A stretch of DNA of 63,558 bases, counting the filler, from Candidatus Tectimicrobiota bacterium (GTDB taxonomy: Bacteria > JACPSX01), in the NCBI GenBank assembly GCA_016193065.1. It is 9 parts of 9 records of this genome, joined end to end, with 100 filler letters (N's around TTAATTAATTAA, not from the genome) between each part and the next. Parts side by side here need not be neighbours in the genome. Positions count along the whole stretch, not along the records: positions 44,553 to 50,019 come from JACPSX010000192.1; positions 50,120 to 53,784 come from JACPSX010000193.1; positions 53,885 to 63,558 come from JACPSX010000173.1; 6 more parts are not named here. One strand, 5' to 3'. The notes below the pieces were generated by a model. The model ran no database searches. It worked only from the letters and a program-made list of their open reading frames with translations, and was not told the origin of the DNA. Each line of letters starts with the position of its first letter. Positions within the stretch are counted from its first letter, which is position 1. Shown here one piece after another: positions 47,462-56,873 of the stretch. The position numbers and the translations under genes are program-made.

Positions 47462-47577
47462 TGAGAATCGTTCTCAGGTAATGAGGCTAAAAAAGGGGCA
47501 TTTTCTTTTGCCCCTTCCGCTCACCTCCGGTTATCCTGACCATATCGCTCTCCTCAAGAATGACAATCATTCTCATT
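47462..47577. promoter_or_regulatory. Two Fur-box-like 7-1-7 palindromes (47462-47476 and 47559-47577); minus-strand TTGACA at 47605-47610
   Basis: TGAGAAT-C-GTTCTCA and AA-TGACAAT-C-ATTCTCA-TT against the consensus TGATAAT-N-ATTATCA. Confidence 0.7.
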
Positions 47578-47654
47578 GCCAAATTAGGACAACTCTCCCC
47601 TCCGTGTCAACAAAAAAATTTCGCCCGGAATCGGCAGGATTAAAACCCCGAGAC

Positions 47655-48359
47655 TTACAGACCGTAGTGCCAGGGGTAACCCTGCCGGTCCCAGTACCCT
47701 CCGAGATTCACCTCGGAAAGTCCCAGAAGGACAATCCCCTTTACGTTCTTGTAGCCGATCTTGGTGGGAGCAATGAGACGCAACGGGCCGCCGTGCTCGG
47801 GAGTCAGAGGCTTGTCACTCATCTCGTAGCAGAGAAGCGTCTGAGGATGGTAGGCGGTCTCAATGTCCAGAAAATCAAAATAGTCGTCGGCCGCGAAAAA
47901 AAAGACGTAGCGCTCCTTGGGAGTGGGACGGAGCGTCTCCAAGAAGGCCGACAGCGGCGCTCCCCCCCACTTCGCAATGGCGCTCCAGCCTTCCACGCAG
48001 CGCAGCTCGGTGATTTGGGTCTTCTTGGGCAATGCCTGGACTTCCCGCAGGAAGACAGGACGATTGTCTTCCAGCAAAACCCCCTGCCCCGCAAACCGCA
48101 CCCGGCCCACTTGCAGGAAATAGGTGGCAGGGTCCATGACCGGCGTGAAGGAATAGTAATTATTCTTGAAATCAGGCGTGACGTCTTCCGGTGAATACTC
48201 CCTGGCGAGCCGGCTCTGGCTGAAAAGGGTTCCTCCCACTTTATCGTTTCGTTGCGCAAACCAGTCAAACACCCGGTTGAGAACCGGGCTCTCTTCCACC
48301 TTGGCGCACCCGGCCAGCAGCAAGGTTCCGGCCAGCTTCATAAAGGACCTGCGCTTCAT
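47655..48359 (-). CDS. Sulfite-oxidase-family molybdopterin oxidoreductase (MsrP/YedY-like), Tat lipoprotein
   Basis: RRSFMK Tat motif, LAGC, LRCVEGWS, HPQTLL, HGGPLRL, GYKNVK. Confidence 0.88.
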   Translation of the reverse strand: MKRRSFMKLAGTLLLAGCAKVEESPVLNRVFDWFAQRNDKVGGTLFSQSRLAREYSPEDVTPDFKNNYYSFTPVMDPATYFLQVGRVRFAGQGVLLEDNRPVFLREVQALPKKTQITELRCVEGWSAIAKWGGAPLSAFLETLRPTPKERYVFFFAADDYFDFLDIETAYHPQTLLCYEMSDKPLTPEHGGPLRLIAPTKIGYKNVKGIVLLGLSEVNLGGYWDRQGYPWHYGL

Positions 48360-49216
48360 GGAATTCCCCCCATGACCTCTGGAGAAGAGGGCGCGCCCGG
48401 TTGCGGTTCCAGCAACTCTGGGGTCTCTGCGGTGTCCGGGCTCTCCACGCTCTCTTCCCTGTCTTCTTTCTGTTTTTTCCAACCCGTAATGATCGACAGG
48501 AAGTTGGACCAGCCGGAAAGCGCCACCATGATCAGATGAACCACAAGAAAGCCGGCAAAAATCCAGACCAGGAGGAAATGCCACAGCCGGGTATATTGAA
48601 AGCCTCCAAAGAACTCCGTCAGCCAGCCGGCCTGTACGGGCTTGTACAGGGCGACCCCCGTCAGAACGCTGAGGATCCCCGCCGCCACGATGGCGGAATA
48701 GGCAAATTTTTGTAAGGGGTTGTACTTCCCGTACGGCGGCGGTTGCTTGCGGAGCCGCATGTAGTACAGGAGCATGGGGCCCATGGCCCGGACGTCCGGG
48801 GGCCGGAGCACAAGACCCCGCCATTGCCCGCTGGCCGCCAGATAAAAAACGTAGAGCAGACCCGTGGCCGTGTAGAGCCACATGAACGTGTAGTGCCAGC
48901 GCAGGCCCCCTGCCAGCCAGCGGCCCAGTGTGTAGCGGTCATAAAACCCTTGGGAAAACCGGACGGGAACCAGGGTATCCCAGGAAAACTCCCGGAGGCC
49001 AAAACTGACGGGCGGCCGCAAGTTGATGACGGCGGGAGCCTCGTAGCCCAGCGACGGGTGGACGCGCAGGTTCAGGTTGAAGGCGGGATAGGCCCAGTAG
49101 ATGCGCAGCCCGCTGAGAACCAGGATGGCGAGCGTAAACAAGTTGATCCAGTGGCTGATGCGGATGACCAGGGGGTGCTCGTAGCGCCTGCCCCCTTTTT
49201 GAGTTCCTGGCCTCAT
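48356..49216 (-). CDS. Cytochrome b/b6-domain membrane subunit
   Basis: RISHWIN, RWHY, KYNPLQK, RLWHF...VVHL. Confidence 0.88.
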   Translation of the reverse strand: MRPGTQKGGRRYEHPLVIRISHWINLFTLAILVLSGLRIYWAYPAFNLNLRVHPSLGYEAPAVINLRPPVSFGLREFSWDTLVPVRFSQGFYDRYTLGRWLAGGLRWHYTFMWLYTATGLLYVFYLAASGQWRGLVLRPPDVRAMGPMLLYYMRLRKQPPPYGKYNPLQKFAYSAIVAAGILSVLTGVALYKPVQAGWLTEFFGGFQYTRLWHFLLVWIFAGFLVVHLIMVALSGWSNFLSIITGWKKQKEDREESVESPDTAETPELLEPQPGAPSSPEVMGGIP

Positions 49217-49389
49217 GCCCCCCTCTTGCCTTACCAGGATTCCCGGCAGTGATGGAATGCAATGCAGAAAACATGCTAGCAGAGCCTGCCGGGGGGGGCC
49301 ATAGTTTTTTGCCGAACGGCACTTCGGGATCTTGGATGGAATGATACAATCTCCCTAATCCGAAATTCCCTGTCGGGGTCATCCGGCGT

Positions 49390-49520
49390 TGGCCCGCGGG
49401 TGGCGTCGGGGATGCCTCCGCAGAGCCGCGCGAAAGTGGCACCCTCGTCAGGGTGACGTAGCGCGGTTCGAGGAGGCGCCCCGGGTACCCGCCTGGCGGG
49501 TGTCAGGACCCGCGGGCCAA
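49390..49520. repeat. Long imperfect hairpin with embedded micro-palindromes
   Basis: 13-bp perfect terminal IR TTGGCCCGCGGGT/ACCCGCGGGCCAA; inner GCCTCC/GGAGGC and CCGCGC/GCGCGG. Confidence 0.7.
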
Positions 49521-49567
49521 TGGCGCAGATCAACCAGGTTGCTTTTCTTCGGATTAGGGTCTAGCCC

Positions 49568-50019
49568 ATGAACACCTTGGAAACCCTCACGGCCTCGCTT
49601 GTCGGACTTAAATCCGGAGAGAACGAAACCCTTTTCCGGTTCGTCAGCTCCCAGACCCCTCGTCTGGACAGAGCGCCTCTTTACCAGGCTCGAGCTCCGA
49701 TCTTAACCTTGGAGAACTTGTGGTCCCTTCGCCAGGAGAAAGAAAAAGCGGCGGGAGAAGAAAATTTCCTCTTCGATCTGCTCGAGGCAGCTCTCTTGCG
49801 ACTTTTGGAAACGGCCAGGGTCACCCCTTTTCGCGACGAAATCCTAAATTCGTTGGCCGGCCCCGGAATCGAACTTCCGGAGGAGAAGGGAAATTTTTGG
49901 CAGGCCTTCTCGATCTTGCGCGAACTCGAACAGGGGCAGGCCCGCCACCGGATCGGCGTCCTCATGGACCGGCAGGCCTCCCGGTCCATGGATCTTTGCG
50001 CCCGGCTTCTGGAGGGCCG
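49568..50019 (+). CDS. Hypothetical protein, 3' truncated
   Basis: Open from ATG to the contig end. Confidence 0.55.
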
Positions 50020-50119
50020 NNNNNNNNNNNNNNNNNNNNNNNNNNNNNNNNNNNNNNNNNNNNTTAATTAATTAANNNNNNNNNNNNNNNNNNNNNNNNN
50101 NNNNNNNNNNNNNNNNNNN

Positions 50120-51422
50120 CCCGCTCCACGGCGAGCTTCCAAGTTGCCCAGCGCAGCAGGTGCCAGTCTCCCTCCAGCTCCATGCTCTGGTCATGGAAGC
50201 TCTGGGGGTTGCTGAGAAATCCCGTGGCGGACTGCGCCGCACTGTCGCTGCGGACCGTGAAAAAGCGATCGCTGGGAGTGTTGTTCTCCCGGTTAAAGTA
50301 GCGGAAGTGGGCTTTCAGGCCCAGGTTGCGGATCGCCTGGTTCGTCAGTACCAAGTTCAGGAGAAAGTTGTTTGCCCTGGCATCGGCGCTGCTCCTGGGA
50401 AGACCGTTCGGCGTGGCAATGGCGCTGTTGATCGTATAGGGCAACAGGTCCTGGTCCTGGCGCATCAGGCTGTAGCTCACTGTCCCCACAAAGCGGGACT
50501 TCATGGGGAGGTGAATCCCGCCGGACAGGCTGAACCTATGGGCCTGGTTGTCCGGGTAGAGAGCGGCGCGGACAACAGGGGCAGCCTCCAGATGATAGTC
50601 CCAGGTCACCGAATCCAGGTCGTTGCGGAAAAGGGATAGGTCGTAACTGAATTTCAGGTTGTATTTCTCCCGGGCGTATTCGGCGCTGGCCGACAGGCCA
50701 TGGGTCCAGTACTGGATGGGCTCAAGAACCTCCGTGAGACTCCCCCCGGGGCTCCCCACGACAAGGCCCATGGGCCGCCCGCCCTCCTGGCGCTCCGAGG
50801 AAAAACCCAGGCGGAACTCCCACTCCGGCACGGGGGTATAGCGAAAGCCGAACTTTCCCGTCCAGCGGTCAAGGGAAACATCGATCCCCTCTGTATTTCG
50901 CGCTGCCAGGGGCCCTGAGCCCGCAGCGCCCACGCGCCCGTTCCTGCTATTCTCCAGGGTGAAGACCCCATTGCCCTGGTATCGATAGCTCGTGCTCGCC
51001 GTATTGCTGAGCACGTGGGGGGTCTGGTCGAATTCGAACTGCACGTCGTAGAGGTTATAGCTCCCCAGGCTCAGCTTGTAGTTCTGGTCCCGATACGCCG
51101 GGTCTGTGGTCCGGAACTCGAAGTACCGCTTGCCGTCCTTGCTGTCCAGATTCAGCTTGAGCTCGTCGATAAACGGAGCCGATTTCAGATCCCGGTACTC
51201 GTTGAATTTCGAGGAGTCCGTGTTCCCGGCTACCGAGCGTCCCCCCACCTCCACGGAGCCGCTCAGTTTCTGCCCCAAGACCTCAGGCTCTGCCGCCAGG
51301 CCGTTTGAGGTCCCCAGGAAAAGCCCCAACAGGAATAGCAAAGTAATGCTAATCCATCCTGCCCGCCGTGCCGCCATGCTCTTCATCCTCCCGTTCCGGT
51401 TTCTCAGCTTTAGGTGTTTCAT
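50120..51422 (-). CDS. mtrB: MtrB/PioB family outer-membrane beta-barrel, 3' truncated
   Basis: SSKFNEYRDL, EPIQYWTH, YPDNQAHRFSL, amphipathic beta-strands; follows the decaheme cytochrome. Confidence 0.85.
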
Positions 51423-51434
51423 GGCTCTTCCTCC

Positions 51435-52371
51435 TCAGCGCACAAACCGGTTGCCCGACGGGTGGTTGGAGCCGTGAATGTTCGTGTGGCACTGGGTGCA
51501 ACCGCGGCCCAGGACTCTGCGGGCGTCGTTTGAATTAAAGGGCTGACTAGGATGAAAGGTGAAATTGTGGCACTGCTGGCAGAGCCGGGGCGGCCGGACC
51601 TTCAGGAGAAACGGATTCGTGGAGCCGTGCGGCTCATGGCAGGTGCCACAGTTCTCGGAGACCACCGGATGTTCCCAGACGAAAGGCCCCCGCCGCTCGG
51701 GATGACAGGAAAAGCAGGTCTCGTTGATCGTGTCTTGCTTGAGCTGCTTGGGCCCTTGAGATCCGTGGGGGTTGTGGCAGCTCGTGCAGGTTAGCTTCCC
51801 TTCTCTCACGGGCATGTGGGAGGAGCGCTGGAGCTGTGCCCGGCGAAGCTCGTGGCACTGGAAACAGGTTTCCAGCTCGGTCTTCTTGGCGAAGTTGCGG
51901 GTCTCGGAGACATTTTCCATAACCCTGTGGCAGTTCGTGCAGGCCTTCGTGGGGTCCGCCTTCCCAGTAGAGGCGCTGGCCCTTCTCATGGCATTGCAGG
52001 CAGACGGCGACCTCCTGCCGGGCGGACTCGGTGTCTTTACGGAAGGTGTTGAGTCCCCCAACTCCTTTGCCGCCCCCGGCCTCTACGTGCTTGCTCCCGG
52101 GTCCGTGGCAAGTTTCGCACCCCTGCTTCTCGGCCGGGGTGCGGGCGGCGTTAAAAAAGACCTTGCCCATTTTGGTCTTTGCAAACTTCTCGGCCTGGGC
52201 CTGGTGGCACCCCTTGCAGACATCGCTGCCGACATAGTTCGCCCCCGAGGCGGGGGTGCCGCCGTTCTTTGCAGGGGTGGCCCCTTGAGCTCCCGGGGCG
52301 TACGTCACCAGAAGAGAGACCAGAGCCACTGCGAAGACTGCCAGCAACAAACTCCTCCTCCCACCTCCCAT
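51435..52371 (-). CDS. mtrA: DmsE/MtrA family decaheme cytochrome c, frameshifted near 51945
   Basis: Three CxxCH in the first frame plus seven in the second give ten; C-terminal CHTNIHGSNHPSG. Confidence 0.9.
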
Positions 52372-52674
52372 GTGGATTCCTCCTTGTTCCCCAAAGGGCC
52401 TGCCTTACCCCGGCAGTTTCATCTTTTCTCGAATGGATTTCGCTGGATGTTTTCTCCGAGGACACCCGCGTTTCCTTTTCACTGTTTCTGGTCAGCGGGT
52501 CCTCCTTGACGAGGCTAAATGTAGTCGCAGCGCTCAGGCGTGTGAATATCCCGAACGGTCAAATTTTTCAGAAAAAACGGGCTATTCCAGCTAGTCCGCT
52601 AAGACCTGTTGACCTGGAAATGGACTAGTAAGAAAGGAAGAGGGACCAACCTTGTCGGAGAGGATAAACGATGC

Positions 52675-53334
52675 CTATAGGGAGTCGGGCTTGGGGGCGA
52701 TGAAACCTGCCCGCAGCGCGTAAGCCGCAGCCTCGGCCCGGTTATGGAGGTGGAGTTTCTCCATGATATTGTGCAGATGGTTCTTTACCGTGTTGTCGCT
52801 GATCGACAGGGAGACCCCGATTTCCTTGTTCGTCAGCCCCTCGACGACGAGCCTTAAAATTTCCTTTTCCCGATCGCTTAGAGGGCTCGGAGGGGGTGCA
52901 GCCTTCTGCAGGCGGGAAAACTCCTGGAGGATCTTGCCCGCCATAAGGCGGGAGATGGAAGCTTCGCCTTGACAGACCCCACGGAGAGTCTGGAAAAGGG
53001 CCTGGGGCTGAATTTTCTTTACGAGGAAGCCTTGAGCTCCCCGCTTGATGGCTTCGAAGAGATTTTCGTCCTCCTCCGAGACCGTCAAGATAACGATCTT
53101 GACATCGGGAAATTCCGACCGGATGAGGGCCGTAGCTTCCAGACCGTCGCAGACCGGCATCTGGAGGTCCATGAGGATGACGTCGGGTTGGAGGACTCTT
53201 GTTTTCTCCACAGCTTCCTTGCCGTTTTCGGCCTCACCGACCACTTCGATTTCCGGGTTGGAAACGAGAAGGCTTTTAATCCCTTGACGGAACAGGGCGT
53301 GATCGTCCGCCAGAAGGATCCGGATCGGTTTCAT
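52675..53334 (-). CDS. NarL/LuxR family response regulator
   Basis: ADDHAL, DVILMDL, LSDREKEIL...TVKNHL HTH. Confidence 0.95.
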   Translation of the reverse strand: MKPIRILLADDHALFRQGIKSLLVSNPEIEVVGEAENGKEAVEKTRVLQPDVILMDLQMPVCDGLEATALIRSEFPDVKIVILTVSEEDENLFEAIKRGAQGFLVKKIQPQALFQTLRGVCQGEASISRLMAGKILQEFSRLQKAAPPPSPLSDREKEILRLVVEGLTNKEIGVSLSISDNTVKNHLHNIMEKLHLHNRAEAAAYALRAGFIAPKPDSL

Positions 53335-53348
53335 GTTGGTGCCTCCCT

Positions 53349-53784
53349 TCAGGGGATGACGGGCAGGGTCACGATGATTTGTGTCCCACTGGCCGGATCA
53401 CTTTGGATCTCCAGCTTTCCCCCGGCCGCCTGGGCTCTCTCCTTCATAGTTTGGAGCCCGAAGTGCAGGGACGAAGCCTTTCCGTGTACCGATGGTTCAA
53501 ATCCTCCCCCGTTATCCTCTATGAAGATTCGTCCTTTTCCGTCCTTGTAATCAAACCGGATGATGGCACTGGAGGACCGGGCGTGCTTGCGCACGTTGGT
53601 GAGTGACTCCTGGATGATCCGGATGAGTTGTACTTCCGCCGTCGGGGTAAGACGGGTCCCCTTTTCGTCCAGGACGTTCAGGCTCACCTGAATCCCGGTC
53701 TGAGCGCTGAATTCGTGGAGGTACTCCGTCAAGGTAGGGATGAGCCCGAGGGAGCGCGATACGATGGTGCGCAGTCCGAAGATT
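53349..53784 (-). CDS. Sensor histidine kinase (HisKA_3/NarX-type), C-terminal fragment
   Basis: QESLTNVRKHA, EDNGGGF, HFGLQTMKERA. Confidence 0.9.
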
Positions 53785-53884
53785 NNNNNNNNNNNNNNNN
53801 NNNNNNNNNNNNNNNNNNNNNNNNNNNNTTAATTAATTAANNNNNNNNNNNNNNNNNNNNNNNNNNNNNNNNNNNNNNNNNNNN

Positions 53885-53996
53885 CATCCCGCCGGCCATA
53901 AACGACGGCGGGAACGGCCCCGGCCCTTCGCAGGCGCCGGGACTCCCCTTTCCCGACCTGGTTTCGAACCTGAGCGCTAATTTCCAGTTCAGTCAT
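53885..53996 (-). CDS. rplY: 50S ribosomal protein L25/Ctc, N-terminal fragment
   Basis: [34 protein letters not shown]; follows prs. Confidence 0.92.
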
Positions 53997-54016
53997 GGAC
54001 TACCTCCAAGATTCCT

Positions 54017-54955
54017 TCAATCAAACAGAGAACTGACGGAGGACCGATCGTGGATGCGGCGGATCGCCTCACCGAACAAATGGGCTACCGAAAGGACCTT
54101 GAGCTTCGGGCACGCTTTTGTCTTTTCCCCTAGGGGGATCGTGTTGGTGACCACGATTTCCTTCAGCGGGGATTTGCACAGTCGCTCGATGGCCGGGCCT
54201 GAGAGTACCGGATGAGTGCAGCAGGCAAAAACCTCAAAGGCGCCGTTTTCCAGCAGGGCGTTGGTCCCCTCCACCAGGGTGCCGGCCGTGTCCACCATGT
54301 CATCCACGATCAAAGCGGTTCTTCCCTCCACATCGCCCACGATGTGAGCCACCTTGGCCAGGTTCTTACCAACCCGGCGCTTGTCGATGAAGCCCACTTT
54401 TGCCTTGAGACGCTTCGCGTAGGCTCTGGCCCGCTCCACCCCCCCTGCGTCCGGGGAGATGACGATCAGGTTCTTGATATGCTTCTTCCGGAAGTATCTC
54501 AGGAAGACCGGGCTGCCGAACAGATGATCCACAGGGACATTGAAGAAACCCTGAATCTGGCCCGCGTGCAGATCCATGGTGACGATCCGGTTGGCCCCGG
54601 CGGCGGTCAGAAGATCGGCAACCAGTTTGGCCGTGATGGGAACCCGCGGCTCAACCTTGCGGTCCTGGCGCGCATACCCGTAATAGGGGATGACGGCGGT
54701 GATCGTGTCGGCGGAGGCCCTCTTGAACGCGTCGATCATGATCAGGAGTTCCATAAGGTGTCTGTTCACGGGGGTGCAGGTGGGCTGAATGATGAAGACG
54801 TCGCGGCCCCTGACGTTTTCCTGAATCTGCACTCCGATTTCCCCGTCGCTGAAATCGGAGGCGTCAATCTTCCCCAAGGGTTTTCCCAGATAGTCTCCAA
54901 TCTTCCGGGCCAATTCGGGATTTGCCCGGCCCGAGAACACCTTGATCCCGACCAC
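54017..54955 (-). CDS. prs: Ribose-phosphate pyrophosphokinase
   Basis: [33 protein letters not shown]. Confidence 0.98.
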   Translation of the reverse strand: MVGIKVFSGRANPELARKIGDYLGKPLGKIDASDFSDGEIGVQIQENVRGRDVFIIQPTCTPVNRHLMELLIMIDAFKRASADTITAVIPYYGYARQDRKVEPRVPITAKLVADLLTAAGANRIVTMDLHAGQIQGFFNVPVDHLFGSPVFLRYFRKKHIKNLIVISPDAGGVERARAYAKRLKAKVGFIDKRRVGKNLAKVAHIVGDVEGRTALIVDDMVDTAGTLVEGTNALLENGAFEVFACCTHPVLSGPAIERLCKSPLKEIVVTNTIPLGEKTKACPKLKVLSVAHLFGEAIRRIHDRSSVSSLFD

Positions 54956-55015
54956 CGCGTCTGTCTCCTCTTTTCTTTCTCTAGAGCCTGCAGGTACTGT
55001 GTGCTCGCGTGCTCT

Positions 55016-55909
55016 TTAAGGGATCTCTACCATGCGGACAGCCTTTTCCGCCTGGGTCAGGGTCACCACCTGGAATACGGACCACTCCGGGCTCCGGTTC
55101 AATGCCTGATAGGCAGCCTGTGCAGAGGTGAGACGAGGAAAGAGTCCAAAAACGGTGGGGCCGCTTCCTGACATGAGCGCCACTTCCGCTCCCAAGGAGA
55201 GCAACTCTCCTTTCAGTGCCCTGACGATGGGGTGTGGCCCGGTCACCACCTCTTCGAGATCATTCACCAGGCTTTTGCCCAGCTCCTGATATTCTCCCTT
55301 CTCCAATAACAAGCGGAAAAGGTTAATATTTGCTGCTTGTCTTGTCAACTCCAATTTCACCTGGCCGTAGACCCAGGCCGTGGACAGGGAAAACCGGGGG
55401 GTGACCAGGATCAACGCCAGGGGATCGGGGGCTGCAAGGGTTTCCAGAACGTCCCCCCTGCCTCGCCCCAGCGCCCGGGGCCCGTTTAAAAAGAAGGGGA
55501 CGTCGCTGCCCAGCTCCCGGGCCATTTGCGTCAGAGTTTGCGGAGGGAGATGGGCCTGCCACAGTTCGTTCAAGGCCAAGAGGGTGGCGGCTCCATCGCT
55601 GCTTCCGCCGCCCAGTCCCGCTCCCGCCGGGATCCTCTTGTCCAGGTGGATATGAACCCCGGCGCTGGCAAGGGCCTTGGTCTTCATCATCGTCCAGGAC
55701 CGGTAGACCAGATTCTCCTCACCCCGGGGGATTTCCGGCCAGTTGCAGGTGAGCTCGATTCCTGCCGGGCCCTGGGTAAAGAGCAGATGATCGTACAGTC
55801 CCACCATCTGGAGGATGGTCTCCACTTCATGGTAGCCGTCCGGCCTGCGGGCGAGGATCTTGAGGCCAAGGTTCACCTTGGCGGGGGTCCAAACTTCCAG
55901 ACCTTTCAT
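55016..55909 (-). CDS. ispE: 4-diphosphocytidyl-2-C-methyl-D-erythritol kinase
   Basis: PAKVNL, IPAGAGLGGGSSD, GSDVPFF, MSGSGPTV. Confidence 0.97.
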   Translation of the reverse strand: MKGLEVWTPAKVNLGLKILARRPDGYHEVETILQMVGLYDHLLFTQGPAGIELTCNWPEIPRGEENLVYRSWTMMKTKALASAGVHIHLDKRIPAGAGLGGGSSDGAATLLALNELWQAHLPPQTLTQMARELGSDVPFFLNGPRALGRGRGDVLETLAAPDPLALILVTPRFSLSTAWVYGQVKLELTRQAANINLFRLLLEKGEYQELGKSLVNDLEEVVTGPHPIVRALKGELLSLGAEVALMSGSGPTVFGLFPRLTSAQAAYQALNRSPEWSVFQVVTLTQAEKAVRMVEIP

Positions 55910-55916
55910 GGACTAG

Positions 55917-56028
55917 TACCGTTCCAACTCGATGCGCCTAATTTGATTGGCCTGATTTGATTGGCCTGCCTGCCAGCAAGAACATGGACCGCGAACCGAG
56001 AAAATGGCCGAAAATCGTTGGAACGGCA
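55917..56028. mobile_element. 112-bp MITE, TIR TRCCGTTCCAAC, CTAG target duplication
   Basis: CTAG|TACCGTTCCAAC...GTTGGAACGGCA|CTAG; second copy at 61472-61571. Confidence 0.85.
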
Positions 56029-56844
56029 CTAGTCCAGGTCCGTGATCCGGCTCCCCTGGGGCGGGACCAATTCAAAGAGTGAAGGGTCCAGGTTCCCGTT
56101 CAGCGTCACCTGACCGTAGGCTAGAGATAGGCGGGTGTTCTTCCGGGGCAGTGTGAAGACCAGGCGCCGGGGGAAGAGGATTCCGTCCACAAGGCCGTAA
56201 TCCTCCAGCTCTGCTTCCAGGATCGTGTCCCCCTCGTGATCGTAGCGCGCGGCCCTTACCACCACGAGCCGGGCGGGATCGATCCATAACCGCCTTTTCC
56301 CTTCCTCCTCTGGAAAATGGAGGTCGACCACGTAGGTCTTGAGGGCCGGGTCGTAGCCGAGGGGTCCCCACCGGGCTTCCGGATCGCCGCTCAAGTCCGT
56401 GCGGATCAGGCGGTTGACCTCCTCTATTTCCAGGGGAAAACCCAGCACCCGGGAAAAATTGAAGGAGTTGGCTCGCCCCCGCACATAGCGTCTTGCGGCC
56501 ACCGAATACGCCGAGAAGCGCCCGTCCCGGATCACCAGAATGAGAAGAGGAGGCCCGAAAGGGCTCAACATTTCCAGGCGCATGGCCTTTGCACCCTGCA
56601 GGAGGATTACCTCTTTACCCGAAACAGTTTTGCCGTCAGACACCAGCGAAAAATCGGCCAGAGCCGTAAGATTGAGGATTTTTTTCTGGCTCGACAGGGC
56701 GGCTTGCAAGTCTCGGGAATCGGAAAAGGGCAAAGAGGGTGGGACCTGGGCAATGGGAGGAAGTTCCACGCGCGCGCAAGCGCCGAGCAGCCCGGCCAGG
56801 AGGATCAGGAAAAGGCTCTTGAGCAGCAAGGGAGCCCGCGGCAC
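56029..56844 (-). CDS. LolB-like/DUF4292 outer-membrane lipoprotein; start uncertain
   Basis: LGAC lipobox, MRLEMLSPFG; conserved TPR-lolB-ispE order. Confidence 0.75.
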   Translation of the reverse strand: MPRAPLLLKSLFLILLAGLLGACARVELPPIAQVPPSLPFSDSRDLQAALSSQKKILNLTALADFSLVSDGKTVSGKEVILLQGAKAMRLEMLSPFGPPLLILVIRDGRFSAYSVAARRYVRGRANSFNFSRVLGFPLEIEEVNRLIRTDLSGDPEARWGPLGYDPALKTYVVDLHFPEEEGKRRLWIDPARLVVVRAARYDHEGDTILEAELEDYGLVDGILFPRRLVFTLPRKNTRLSLAYGQVTLNGNLDPSLFELVPPQGSRITDLD

Positions 56845-56873
56845 TTCGGGAACGGTGGGGGCAGGGCGAGAAA

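Noticed and set aside
54956-55015. tRNA-Gln often found between ispE and prs
   Set aside because: The spacer is only 60 nt with no cloverleaf or T-loop motif; no tRNA here
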